NCBI GenBank assembly: GCA_963722385.1
Contig: CAVRKK010000001.1
Coordinates: forward strand, 64,001 to 128,000
Source of the DNA: an uncultured bacterium
GTDB taxonomy: Bacteria > Babelota > Babeliae > Babelales > Babelaceae
Reading direction: 5' to 3'
DNA: 64,000 nucleotides
A program made the position numbers and the translations under genes. The notes under the pieces were generated by a model. The model worked only from the letters and a program-made list of their open reading frames with translations, was not told where the DNA came from and did not search any database. Shown here in pieces: positions 1 to 9,550 of the stretch (its first letter is position 1; the number at the start of each line of letters is the position of its first letter).

Positions 1-97
1 CAAAATAGCCTTTTTTATCTTGTAGATCCTAAGTTTTGTATAGTCTAGCATAATCAAAGAGATATTGAAATGGCGGCAGCAAACGCCTTAGGCTCGT

Positions 98-1693
98 TCA
101 GGAGCTCTTGCAGATATGTCCCATTCCGGTGTTTTCATGATCGAGGTCCAGAGCTTGCTTTTCACTATGACAAGAATATGGTATCGAGGATTCTGGTGCT
201 CGGGGTGCTTCATGGAGCTCCTGCTGCCTAAAGCAGACTGATGGGTCTTCGTAAGAAGCAAAATATTTACAGAGCACTTTATCTTCAAGGTAGTTCATGA
301 GGCTGAGCTTTATTGTTCTGAAGCCCGGGTCGATATCAGCATCAACGAGTGTGTTAATTGCGTCCTGATCTGCTTGCGTAAAATCTGCTTCACTGAGGGC
401 AAGCGCGGCTTCTTGATGTGGCTGGAGGAGTGCAGGGTAAAGTGTTTGCCAGACAACCTTTCGTTTATACTCTTTGTCATAGGATGAAAACGGCACTATT
501 TGCAGGCGGTTTATGAGTGCTGCATCGGTCAATTGGTTATTTCCCGTCATGATAATACCAATGTGTGAAATATCTAGCGAAATATCTAAAAAGGGGCTGT
601 AAAACAAGCGTGTTTCAGGCTCCAACAAAGTAAGAAGAAAAGAAAGAAGATCTGCTTTTTGTGGATTCAGCAGTATACGATCAGCATCATCGATGAGCAG
701 GATCATGTTTTTATTTTTTTCACCGCTTGGATGTGATTGAGCTATGGTATTAAGAAAGAGCCCTGGCTGTTCAGGTGAGCCGACAAATTGCTCGATCGTA
801 AGGTCACCCAGCGAAATGGTTGCACATGGAACGCCAAGTGCTTGAGCGATAAGCTGTGCTGCTCGTGTTTTCCCCACTCCAGGAGACCCATGAAAATAAG
901 CGACCATTTTACGTACCGATTCTTGGTTGCATGCTGCTACGTGACGAATACAGAACCTTTTGAGTTCTCGTGTTGTTGTTGGATTATAACCCTGAAGAAG
1001 CTTGTTTATTTTCTGGCTATCGTAAGAGATCTTTTTTACCTCGCGGGGAAGATTTAAAAGAAGCTTGATGGCTTGCTTCCTTTCCTTGAGAGCGATGCTT
1101 TCGTACTGATAAAGGTAGATCTCAAGGAAGTTTTTTTCTAGGACAACTTGCCATTCTAATGGTAGCTCAGGCTTAATGCGTACGTAGTCTATTTCCAACA
1201 ACGAGGTTTCGCTTTGAGTCGAGGGAGATAGATAGAGCTCTTTAATCGCTTTTGCGCAATCTTTGATTTTAAAAAAAATAGTATGTGCGCCTTCCGCAAT
1301 TAATCCCGCGATAGTTATTCCTGAAGCAAGTGCCGTTACGGTCGGTATTTTCTTAAGGCGTTTGCGGAGCGCATAAGCAGTAATTATGGGGATGAGCACC
1401 GCAGGTGTTGTCCAAAGGGCATTGCTGGCCATCATGCGGTAATGAGCAGCTAAGCGCTTTTGGTGAAAAAGTGATTCGAGCATATCTTGTTGAGCTTCAG
1501 GAGGAGCATTTTGAAATTCTTCAGTCTCAATCAGATCTGTTTGATCGTAGAGAGTTCTTCCAGCATACCTGTAAAGATACGAAAGGTCTTTTGATTCAGA
1601 ATCATCATCTGGCAAGTTTGTTCGAAATGCGTCAATATTGCAGGTGAATAAGAAGCTAACTAGAGCAAAAATGATGGTGATATTAATTTTCAT
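98..1693 (-). CDS. Signal-peptide-bearing Lon-like AAA+ ATPase without a protease domain
   Basis: N-terminal hydrophobic signal; Walker A GSPGVGKT; Walker B-like LLIDDAD; LLTLLEPE...LDISLDISHIGIIMTGN resembles the Lon AAA module. Confidence 0.7.
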   Translation of the reverse strand: MKINITIIFALVSFLFTCNIDAFRTNLPDDDSESKDLSYLYRYAGRTLYDQTDLIETEEFQNAPPEAQQDMLESLFHQKRLAAHYRMMASNALWTTPAVLIPIITAYALRKRLKKIPTVTALASGITIAGLIAEGAHTIFFKIKDCAKAIKELYLSPSTQSETSLLEIDYVRIKPELPLEWQVVLEKNFLEIYLYQYESIALKERKQAIKLLLNLPREVKKISYDSQKINKLLQGYNPTTTRELKRFCIRHVAACNQESVRKMVAYFHGSPGVGKTRAAQLIAQALGVPCATISLGDLTIEQFVGSPEQPGLFLNTIAQSHPSGEKNKNMILLIDDADRILLNPQKADLLSFLLTLLEPETRLFYSPFLDISLDISHIGIIMTGNNQLTDAALINRLQIVPFSSYDKEYKRKVVWQTLYPALLQPHQEAALALSEADFTQADQDAINTLVDADIDPGFRTIKLSLMNYLEDKVLCKYFASYEDPSVCFRQQELHEAPRAPESSIPYSCHSEKQALDLDHENTGMGHICKSS

Positions 1694-1804
1694 GCTGATC
1701 TCAAAAAGTGCCGATATTAAGGTATTTTAACTCAAATTTTAGCAAAATGAAAAATATAAGCAATTATGATGATCGCGAGTGAGATCTGATTAACTATCAA
1801 AAAT

Positions 1805-1830
1805 AGGGACATGAGTTAATTCATGTCCCT
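1805..1830. terminator. Intrinsic terminator-like hairpin
   Basis: AGGGACATGA-gttaat-TCATGTCCCT perfect stem with flanking A/T runs, just downstream of the 1852..2370 gene. Confidence 0.7.
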
Positions 1831-1851
1831 TTATAAACGAGAAATTTAAAT

Positions 1852-2370
1852 TTATGCAGGCCTTGTTTTTATTGCATAATGTAAGGCTACCGCAATAATT
1901 CCTGTTATTACCGCTAAGCCCCCAAGCAGGATTTGCTTTTGATAACGTACGTTATTCTGTAATTTCTCTATATTCATAGCTTTAGCTGCTACTTCAGCAA
2001 GCTTGCCTTCTAGCTTTCTGCCTTCTTTTACATATAAGATCATTTGATTGATAAAATCATCTCCCTTAAGTTTGAGGACATCATCTATTTCTTGTTCAGA
2101 TAAACCTAAGCCTGACTTATCAGCTGTATTTGCTAGCTCCTTTTGGGCTATCATGCTTTCTCTCATATCAGCTTCCAATTGGGCCTCATTCTTGACAAGT
2201 GCCGTAGCAGCTTCCGCTAAGTCCTTGAGCTTGCCTGCTTCAAGGAGCTCTTTTTGTTCGCTTTCAGATAAAGCGCTACCGCGAGATACTTGTGCCTGTA
2301 AAGAATGTGTGAAAGCAAAAGATGCAATAACAAATAATGATAATATAGTCATTTTTTTAAACATAACCAT
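1852..2370 (-). CDS. Exported helical protein with C-terminal membrane anchor
   Basis: Signal peptide (..SLQA|QV), coiled-coil-like body, hydrophobic C-terminal ILLGGLAVITGIIAVALHY. Confidence 0.7.
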   Translation of the reverse strand: MVMFKKMTILSLFVIASFAFTHSLQAQVSRGSALSESEQKELLEAGKLKDLAEAATALVKNEAQLEADMRESMIAQKELANTADKSGLGLSEQEIDDVLKLKGDDFINQMILYVKEGRKLEGKLAEVAAKAMNIEKLQNNVRYQKQILLGGLAVITGIIAVALHYAIKTRPA

Positions 2371-2729
2371 CCCTTTTTGAAAAAATATTTAATATTAATA
2401 ATCTATCAATTTTTAATATAATAAATTTATAAAAGATATGTCAATTGTTTTTTGATCATGCATTTTCGTGTGAGTTGCAGGGCGATTATCTCTCGAGCTA
2501 GCCCAAGGTAGATGAGCGGGTGGCGGGCGTAAAAGATTTAGTAGGCGGTATCACCTTTCTTTTGATACAAATGAGCCAATATATTGAATTCTTCAGGAGG
2601 CCTTGGTTCAAAAAATTTACATTACCATGCAGCGTTTTTGCCGTGGTTGTGAGCCGTTTTTTAGAAGCCATTGAGCAAGGGCATTTTTTTTGTTTTCGGT
2701 TGCCAAATCTATCGGACGTTTTTTACTAA

Positions 2730-3310
2730 TTCTTCAGTTGATTGCGCCCGAATTAGCCTTATAACGTTAGCAATAGTACTTTCTGGTTGCTCCCAATTCT
2801 CCTTTATCAAGCAAATCAGCAATTTTTTTCTTGATGATTTTTACCTTTAAATCTCCGAGTTGGTGAATTGATAGGTCAAAGTTCTTTTTATAAAAGTCAG
2901 TCGCATCTCTTGCGGCAATTGTTATTTCGTTATCACCAAATTCTCCAAAAAAAAGTAGCTGAGAATTTATATGCTTTTATGATCTTGTCCCTCAACATAT
3001 CGCACACATCGGCGGCCTCTTCCCTCGTGGGAACTATACGAACAATTTTCCAATTCGGATGTCGAGCCTCTGGCTCGGGCTTTAAATGTGGTCAAGAAAT
3101 CTTTACGGATTCACATTCTCTCCAGCTGCCCAATCATCAAAATCGCAAAAATCGCAGGGATATGTTTTTCCACAAAGCTCGGCGCAGCAAGGCTCTCCAT
3201 ATTTTCTTGGTAGTTATCTAATAGCTTCGAGCGTATTTTATCCAATTCGTCTTTAGCCTGCTCTCTTGTGGGATAAGTCCCCACAATGACCCAGTTTGGG
3301 CATTTATCGC
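2730..3310 (-). pseudogene. Frameshifted C-terminal remnants downstream of the Hint gene, with two copies of a PNW.IV...PTRE.A.D module
   Basis: Minus-strand fragments CPNWVIVGTYPTREQAKDELDKIRSKL (~3305-3225) and HPNWKIVRIVPTREEAADVCDMLRDKI (~3062-2980), separated by stops and frameshifts. Confidence 0.45.
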
Positions 3311-4251
3311 TTTCGGCATAAAGTGCATGTTTTAAATTTTGGGCGAGTGTGTCTTTTAAGGGTCCTACTGTCTTTCTTATTATCTTTGTGGGAAGTTGTT
3401 GGTTGTTGCTCAGTTCGCGGAATCTCAAACGATGTTGGCCCCGTGCCAGGCTTCTCGCCGCAGCTAGGGGATGGCCTTGGCTGCTCAGTATATGCTTTCT
3501 CGCCGCAGCTCGTTGAAGTTTCTGCTTGTTCTTGCTTTTCTCCGCAGCCTGTTGAGGAGGGCCGTTGATGCCATTCAAAATCGTAGAAAGAAGAGTAAAA
3601 TTCAGGAGGCAAGTTTGGCTTTCCCCTAATGCTCTCATATGCCTTGTAGATCCCAAACCCTATGAGGCCGGCTATCCCTATTCCGACATTCCACGCTGGT
3701 GTTGCCCCTGAACCGCCTCCCCAAAAGTAGGTCAGCTTCAACGAAGCTTTGGGCGCAAAGTTATGTACGAGAACGGCATGCCTGCCAGCAAAGAAGTTAG
3801 TATTGCCGTAAAGCTTAATCCGATAACAAAATTTCCTCATTTCGGCAAATCCGGACCCACCGCATTGTATCAGTTTTGGTGTGTCTCCTATGCAACTGAG
3901 CAGCACATCCTCGGGCGAAAGATCTTGTGCCTCAATCCACTCATTCTTGTTTGCGACAAAGAACTTCTGCTCGGGGCCGCATTCGATTTCCTCATCGCCC
4001 ACCTGCACCACGACAATTCCGATGAGTTCTTTTTCTCTTTCGACAAGCGTGCTTACGGTAACACCTTCATCGCCAAAAGAATCTACGATCTCATGATAAT
4101 CATTGTGACGTAAGACAAGATCCTCGATTTTAACGAAGCCATAGTCAGCGGTTTTAACGAGCGTGCCGCGGGCCAAGCCGTCGCCCTTTTCATCGCCAGC
4201 TATTAATGGCATGAAGAAGGCTAAGATAAACAAAAGTCTAAAATTCTTCAT
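3304..4251 (-). CDS. Signal peptide + Hint (intein-like) domain + TM/low-complexity tail; polymorphic-toxin-like
   Basis: GLARGTLVKTADYGFVKIEDL (block A-like), WIEAQDLSPEDVL, NFFAGRHAVLVHN (terminal His-Asn); start taken at MKNFRLL. Confidence 0.75.
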   Translation of the reverse strand: MKNFRLLFILAFFMPLIAGDEKGDGLARGTLVKTADYGFVKIEDLVLRHNDYHEIVDSFGDEGVTVSTLVEREKELIGIVVVQVGDEEIECGPEQKFFVANKNEWIEAQDLSPEDVLLSCIGDTPKLIQCGGSGFAEMRKFCYRIKLYGNTNFFAGRHAVLVHNFAPKASLKLTYFWGGGSGATPAWNVGIGIAGLIGFGIYKAYESIRGKPNLPPEFYSSFYDFEWHQRPSSTGCGEKQEQAETSTSCGEKAYTEQPRPSPSCGEKPGTGPTSFEIPRTEQQPTTSHKDNKKDSRTLKRHTRPKFKTCTLCRKR

Positions 4252-4301
4252 TGAGTGTTTTTTCCCTTTACTGGTCATTTAAGTGAGTACATAGTTACGC
4301 C

Positions 4302-4655
4302 TCAAGCAGCTCTTTCTTTTTTGTAAAGAAGTTGTATGGCTTCGCCGATGAGCGCAGACTTATCAGCCTTTCTATTGCTCTGAAGGCGCTTAATATAGAT
4401 GTCGAGCAGGGCTTGATTTTCTTGCTCGGTCAAATAGTATGTCGCCTTTATTTTGCTTGTAGGCTCATTATTTTCTTGCTTTTTACCAAGCCGCTTTTTC
4501 TCTTTGCTGGCAGGCTGGCTTACTGGTATATTGGCATCCTGTTTTACCATCTCGCCACTTGACTGGCTTGCTGGCACGCTGTCTTTTGGTTGTTCATAGT
4601 CTTGGAAAGAAAGCTTTTTCTTTAAGCTGTTGCCAGCTTCATATATATTGCTCAT
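4302..4655 (-). CDS. Small putative ParA partner / DNA-binding protein
   Basis: Disordered N-terminus and C-terminal KATYYLT...KSALIGEAIQLLY (ribbon-helix-helix-like); downstream of a parA remnant. Confidence 0.45.
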   Translation of the reverse strand: MSNIYEAGNSLKKKLSFQDYEQPKDSVPASQSSGEMVKQDANIPVSQPASKEKKRLGKKQENNEPTSKIKATYYLTEQENQALLDIYIKRLQSNRKADKSALIGEAIQLLYKKERAA

Positions 4656-5116
4656 CTCTTATCCCCTTTAGGAAAGTTTCTCTCTAATGTTTTGATCATA
4701 AGATCGTAGTATGTTGGTATCTGTTGGGCAATTTCGTCGGCGCTTATCTCATCATATTCGTGAGAAGTGTTATTTCTTGCTTCAGTCATTTTAAAAAATT
4801 GTTTGGTTTCCTCTTCATTGATCAGCCTTTGTTGAAAGCATTCCTGAAAGACCTTGCGTGATTTTGCTGAGTCTTCTAACGAATGATTAGCTTTAAGATA
4901 TGTCTTCCAAAACTTCCATGTTAGGTCATAGCAAATTTCAAAGCGTTGAATAAGCGCGTCTCGATAAATTAGATGTTTTGGTTCTTCGCTAGAGTTCTGC
5001 TCTTGATTCAAGTTGTACGGGGATATCTTTGCAATATTATCATAAGCCTTGATCACATTTTTAAGACGATTATAGGCTTTGATCAAAGTATTGTAGCGTA
5101 ACTCTAGCCCTTCCAT
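4652..5116 (-). CDS. HEPN-domain protein (HI0074-type nucleotidyltransferase substrate-binding family), putative toxin
   Basis: RDALIQRFEICYDLTWK and an RxxxxH motif (RNNTSH); overlaps the upstream MNT gene. Confidence 0.85.
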   Translation of the reverse strand: MEGLELRYNTLIKAYNRLKNVIKAYDNIAKISPYNLNQEQNSSEEPKHLIYRDALIQRFEICYDLTWKFWKTYLKANHSLEDSAKSRKVFQECFQQRLINEEETKQFFKMTEARNNTSHEYDEISADEIAQQIPTYYDLMIKTLERNFPKGDKR

Positions 5117-5388
5117 ACAATTCCCTCATTTAAGATGAGAGCTTTCATCTGCTCCGATACTGCACGAAGATCAACAAGATCTATTTTTTGAGGAATATAA
5201 AGAGCCTCAAGTACATTCTTCGCCTTGGCTAATTCGAATATGGATAATCTATTGCCCGCATCAACCGCTATATCAATATCTGATGTCGGCGTGAAATCTT
5301 TTCCGGCCCGTGAGCCAAAAAGATAGATTTTGACATGGGGGAAAAGCGCAGATAGAAGACTAATAATTTCGTCTTTTTCCTTGATCAT
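5104..5388 (-). CDS. Minimal nucleotidyltransferase (MNT) antitoxin
   Basis: IYLFGSRA...SDIDIAV and KIDLVD motifs; about 95 aa. Confidence 0.85.
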   Translation of the reverse strand: MIKEKDEIISLLSALFPHVKIYLFGSRAGKDFTPTSDIDIAVDAGNRLSIFELAKAKNVLEALYIPQKIDLVDLRAVSEQMKALILNEGIVWKG

Positions 5389-5449
5389 AGGAGCCCGTCC
5401 TTCTTCGTATTGATATGCCAGCATAATAGCATGACAGTATACCTGTTTA

Positions 5450-6180
5450 CTGGTATGCTGTAAACTCTTTATTCGTTTGGTTGATTGATGCGCAAAAAGC
5501 TTGGCTTTTCCTGCTAATTACTTCATGTGCGAGATTGAGGTAAGCCTCTGCGCCTTTGCATTTTGGGTCAAAATCAAGGATTGATTTGCCCTGGGATTGG
5601 CCTCATTGAGCTTTATATTTTGCGGTATGGTGGTGCTAAATACTTTTTCTTGGAATGCGTCATGAACTGCTGCCAGGATTTCCCTCGCGAGCTTTGCACG
5701 GGTATCATAGAAGTTAATCAGAAGCCCCAGAATGGCTACGTAATGATCGATTAAAGGACCCATTGTTCTATTGATGAAATTCACTGTATCGATAAAAGTA
5801 TTAACTCCCTCAAGCGAAAAGTGGCCAAGCTGTATTGGTATTATTATTTCTTTTGCAGTAGTAAATACATTCATGGGCAGAGTACCGAACGTGGGCGCGC
5901 AGTCAAAAATAACAACGTCGTAGCCCTTTAATCCCTTAAGCTTATTTCTGAGTCTAAATTCTTTTGTTGGCATTATGGGATAGTTTTATCTCGGCGACAG
6001 CTAGCGAGAGATCGCTCACGCTTTCTTCACATAAAAGCTCTGCGATTGTTTGCTTGTTTTTTGTTGGTATGTTTAATCCTAGTTTCGTGTGTCCTTGCGC
6101 ATCAGTATCAACCAGAAGTACTCTGGCGCCCAAACAAACAAGCGCTGCGCCAAGATTTATTGTCGTGGTTGCTTTTTTTT
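5450..6180 (-). pseudogene. parA: Frameshifted ParA/Soj-family ATPase
   Basis: Fragments TTTINLGAAL..RVLLVDTDAQG, YDVVIFDCAP, FSTTIPQNIKLNEA and GKSIFDFDPKCKGAEAY lie in different frames; the Walker A N-terminus is missing. Confidence 0.75.
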
Positions 6181-6209
6181 ATAGAAATATTATAATTGAC
6201 AATAATTAA

Positions 6210-6956
6210 ATGGGGAGCATGATGAACAACGGCCATATATCTGCCGGCATAGACGACGCTACCAAGTGCCCTTGCATAGGGAGCATTTTTGTTGCTGGTG
6301 TTGCTGCTAATGAAGAGACTATTCAAGAATGGAAAAAGCTCGGGGTCAAGGATAGTAAGCTTGTCACGCGCAAAAAAAGAGAGAGTTTAGCTGAGATTAT
6401 TAAAGGGACTGCTACTTCATATCATATTGACCAAATAACTCCATCCATGATTGATGATAAAAGCTTTAACCTCAACGAATGGGAAATGCTCGTTGTTTTT
6501 AAGATAATCAGTGCACTGAGCAAGAGCTCGCCCGCTCCTATTTATATCGACAACTGGGAGACTTCTCAAAAAGGCTTTTATGAGCGATATACATTTTTAA
6601 TGAGCGGCGAAATGAAACTTCCCGTGGCTGAAAAAAATATCAAATTATCGAGAAAATTGCTTGCCAGTGCTCCTATCATAGCTGAGCATTATGCAGATGA
6701 AAATTATACGGTCGTAGGGGCAGCTTCGATATTGGCAAAAACATCGTCAGATGCTCAATATGAACAGTATAAGAAAGAATATGGTGATTTTGGCAGTGGG
6801 AGCCCAGCTGATCCCAAAACCCGCCTTTTTGTGTGGCAGCATCGCCACAATCCGCCGCCTATTGTTCGCACAAGCTGGCAGACTTATAAAATGTTATCTC
6901 TCTTGTCACGCATCGAAGATGATCCGCTTTACGCGCGGACAAAAGGGTGCTCATAA
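6210..6956 (+). CDS. rnhB: Divergent ribonuclease HII, archaeal/eukaryote-like
   Basis: AGIDDA..P.IG, GVKDSK, VGAASILAK, YGDFGSG.PADPKT. Confidence 0.8.
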   Translation: MGSMMNNGHISAGIDDATKCPCIGSIFVAGVAANEETIQEWKKLGVKDSKLVTRKKRESLAEIIKGTATSYHIDQITPSMIDDKSFNLNEWEMLVVFKIISALSKSSPAPIYIDNWETSQKGFYERYTFLMSGEMKLPVAEKNIKLSRKLLASAPIIAEHYADENYTVVGAASILAKTSSDAQYEQYKKEYGDFGSGSPADPKTRLFVWQHRHNPPPIVRTSWQTYKMLSLLSRIEDDPLYARTKGCS

Positions 6957-7237
6957 GGGCTTCAGGCGAGAGAGTGCTTAAAATGTGGGGTAGCGTTTGC
7001 TCGATTCATGGAGTTCGTTTCTAAGAAAATTTTGCTAGTTTTATTTTTTATTATATTGACTTCTGGTAATTAGATAAATTATATTAGTATTAAACAATGT
7101 AATTTATTTAAAGATGGTTGGTATATGACAATGTTGCAATTGCGCTTGCCTAATTTTAGAGCATCAAGAAATATTGACAGTTTGTTTATGGATTGATAAT
7201 ATTATTTATAAAAAAGCAAAAGTTAGAAAGGAATTAT

Positions 7238-8272
7238 ATGAAACAATTAAATTATGTACTTTATGCTCTTATGTATATAGGTGCCTTAATAATGTTGGTG
7301 CCGGCGAAAGCGGCAATCGATTGCGGCAGCAAGCCAAAGGTCACGCTTAAAAATTCTTTGGCGGAGATAGACAAGGCCTATCGGGAATTCATACTTACCT
7401 GTCACCCCGATAAGCGCCCTCACGTGGAGAGTAAAAGAGCGCAAGCTGAATATATAAGTGGCGTCGAAGCTTATGATTCGTTAAAAAGCATGAAGAAAGA
7501 AGAAGAGACCGGGTTTAAGGGTACCAAGCCAGAGGCTAAACCGGAACATAAGCCGAAACCTAAAGACAAAGACAAGGAAGAAGAAAAAAAGAAAACCTGG
7601 GAAAAATTTAAGAATATACTCAACGAGAAAGCGCTTTTTGATGCGATTAGCGAGGGCGATCTAGAGAAAGTGACTTCTTTGCTTGAGTCTGGAGTTTCAC
7701 CAGATACGATCTACGCCAGTCAACCAATGCTTGCAGTTGCTATTAGAAAGAAACAGCTGCTTATAATAAAGCTCTTGCTCAAACATGGTGCTGACGTTAA
7801 CATAGAAGACTTAGGCGTTCCGATGTTAATTAGAGCTATCGACTCAAATAGCCCAATTATAGTTAAGCTTCTGCTTGAGAAGGGCGCCGATGCAAATGCT
7901 CAATATATCATTAAGCCCGCCTTAACTCTTGCAATTGATAAAGGCAACCTTGATATCGTGAGGCTGTTGCTTGAGCATGGAGCTAACCCTAATGAAAAGT
8001 ACCTCTATACAACGGCCCCCCTCCATACAGCGGCTAAAAATAACAATATAGATCTCGCTTCTTTATTGCTTAAGCATGGTGCTGAGGTAGATATAACAGA
8101 TAATTTAGGGAAAACACCCCTCATGTATGCGGCTACAAATAATAACGAACAGATGATAAAGCTCTTGATAGCTCATGGAGCAGATGTATGTCTCAAGGAC
8201 TTCATGAACCAAAGAGCTTATAATCTGAGCTCTTTGCCGAAACTAAAGAAATTGCTTGTTTGCTTGAGATAG
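7238..8272 (+). CDS. Secreted J-domain + ankyrin repeat protein
   Basis: Signal peptide, IDKAYREFILTCHPDK (HPD motif), about 6 ankyrin repeats (LLLKHGADVN, KTPLMYAA). Confidence 0.85.
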   Translation: MKQLNYVLYALMYIGALIMLVPAKAAIDCGSKPKVTLKNSLAEIDKAYREFILTCHPDKRPHVESKRAQAEYISGVEAYDSLKSMKKEEETGFKGTKPEAKPEHKPKPKDKDKEEEKKKTWEKFKNILNEKALFDAISEGDLEKVTSLLESGVSPDTIYASQPMLAVAIRKKQLLIIKLLLKHGADVNIEDLGVPMLIRAIDSNSPIIVKLLLEKGADANAQYIIKPALTLAIDKGNLDIVRLLLEHGANPNEKYLYTTAPLHTAAKNNNIDLASLLLKHGAEVDITDNLGKTPLMYAATNNNEQMIKLLIAHGADVCLKDFMNQRAYNLSSLPKLKKLLVCLR

Positions 8273-8297
8273 CACGAGATACGACACGTAGTAGTCT

Positions 8298-8330
8298 AGC
8301 AAGAAGAGCCTGCAACAGGCTCTTCTTGCT
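8298..8330. terminator. Terminator hairpin between convergent genes
   Basis: AGCAAGAAGAGCCTG-caa-CAGGCTCTTCTTGCT perfect 15-bp stem. Confidence 0.8.
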
Positions 8331-9389
8331 TTATTTATTTTGGGGTACGTTGTGTGGTGTAAGGTCAGCAAGTTGCTCGGGTTGGTTAATAGGTATGACG
8401 ATCGGTGCTTGTGCATCGAGATTCATTTTCGTTAAGTCGACCATACGTATAACGTAGTTGTCATATGTGCGCATATAATAGCGTTTATTGTGTAAGTCAC
8501 TTGCGCTGGTCCACTGGGTATAGTCATAGTCTGACTTAGCCAGGGCTGTACTGTTCATGCGTGTAGATCTATCTTCTTGAGAAGCAGCTATGATGCCGAT
8601 TGGTATATCAAAAAGATTCAATACGTGAAAAGCAGCTCTCCGAGCAGCATCAGAATTCTTTATGTTAATAAGTGCTTGGCTAAAAAGAGCGGCGCGTACA
8701 AACCGTGATGGCGGGGTAAAGTCTCCTGGCAGGCCAAGCATTTCCGATCCTTGGCCGAGTGGCGTCAAGGTGAGTGGCCCAAGTTTTACCGATGGCGTGC
8801 TGAGTGCTGAAAGGTTGCTGTAGTTGCGCAGATTGGTTATGTGCCAGTCAAAGGTTGGCGCATTGGTGATCGTCCCAAGAGGATTATCGTAGAGAGATAG
8901 CTTTCCTTTTACGTATTCTATAACCAGGCTTTTTCTATGTGTATCATGTACTATCGCGTGGAGTGGTGGGGCAAAGCCCCATTGGTCAAGAATTGCTTTG
9001 CAGACCGTGATTTTGGGTAGCGCCTGCTTGACCTCATCGATATTGGCAAAGTTGGTGAGCAGCCATGTCATGAGTTGCCATGATGCAATTGTGCTATTGT
9101 TAGCGTGCTCCTCTTGGTATTCGGCGTAATCGGGAAAGTAAAAGAGTCCCCCAGCGAGCCCAACTTCGTTGATCCCATCGAGTATTTCAGTCATATTAAG
9201 GCCATTGGCGCCAACAACGGCATAGCGCGATTTCCAGTGTAATCCCGGCTTGGAAGATACGGTTATACCAGTAAAATCATGCAGGCGAGGTATCATAATG
9301 ATATTTGATTGCAAGTCTCTGCCGAATTCTAACGTACGGGCGTATAGAGGTGACCCATCTTCCGCGTCGATGCGAATACCCGTGCACAT
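8331..9389 (-). CDS. Choloylglycine hydrolase / penicillin V acylase family Ntn hydrolase
   Basis: N-terminal MCT nucleophile, ARTLEF, DGINEVGL, LPGDFTPPSRFVR, YTQWTS. Confidence 0.9.
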   Translation of the reverse strand: MCTGIRIDAEDGSPLYARTLEFGRDLQSNIIMIPRLHDFTGITVSSKPGLHWKSRYAVVGANGLNMTEILDGINEVGLAGGLFYFPDYAEYQEEHANNSTIASWQLMTWLLTNFANIDEVKQALPKITVCKAILDQWGFAPPLHAIVHDTHRKSLVIEYVKGKLSLYDNPLGTITNAPTFDWHITNLRNYSNLSALSTPSVKLGPLTLTPLGQGSEMLGLPGDFTPPSRFVRAALFSQALINIKNSDAARRAAFHVLNLFDIPIGIIAASQEDRSTRMNSTALAKSDYDYTQWTSASDLHNKRYYMRTYDNYVIRMVDLTKMNLDAQAPIVIPINQPEQLADLTPHNVPQNK

Positions 9390-9550
9390 TGGTTCGTCCT
9401 TTATTGCTTAAATGCTGTGCTCTTTATGCGTAGCATAGAGCTCGGTTGGATGACAAGAATTTTTTAGCGCAAATAATAGGCCTATGTTTGCCGAGCCCTG
9501 TTTATGGTTACGGTATACTTGGCCCATCACAACATGGTATACTATAGATA

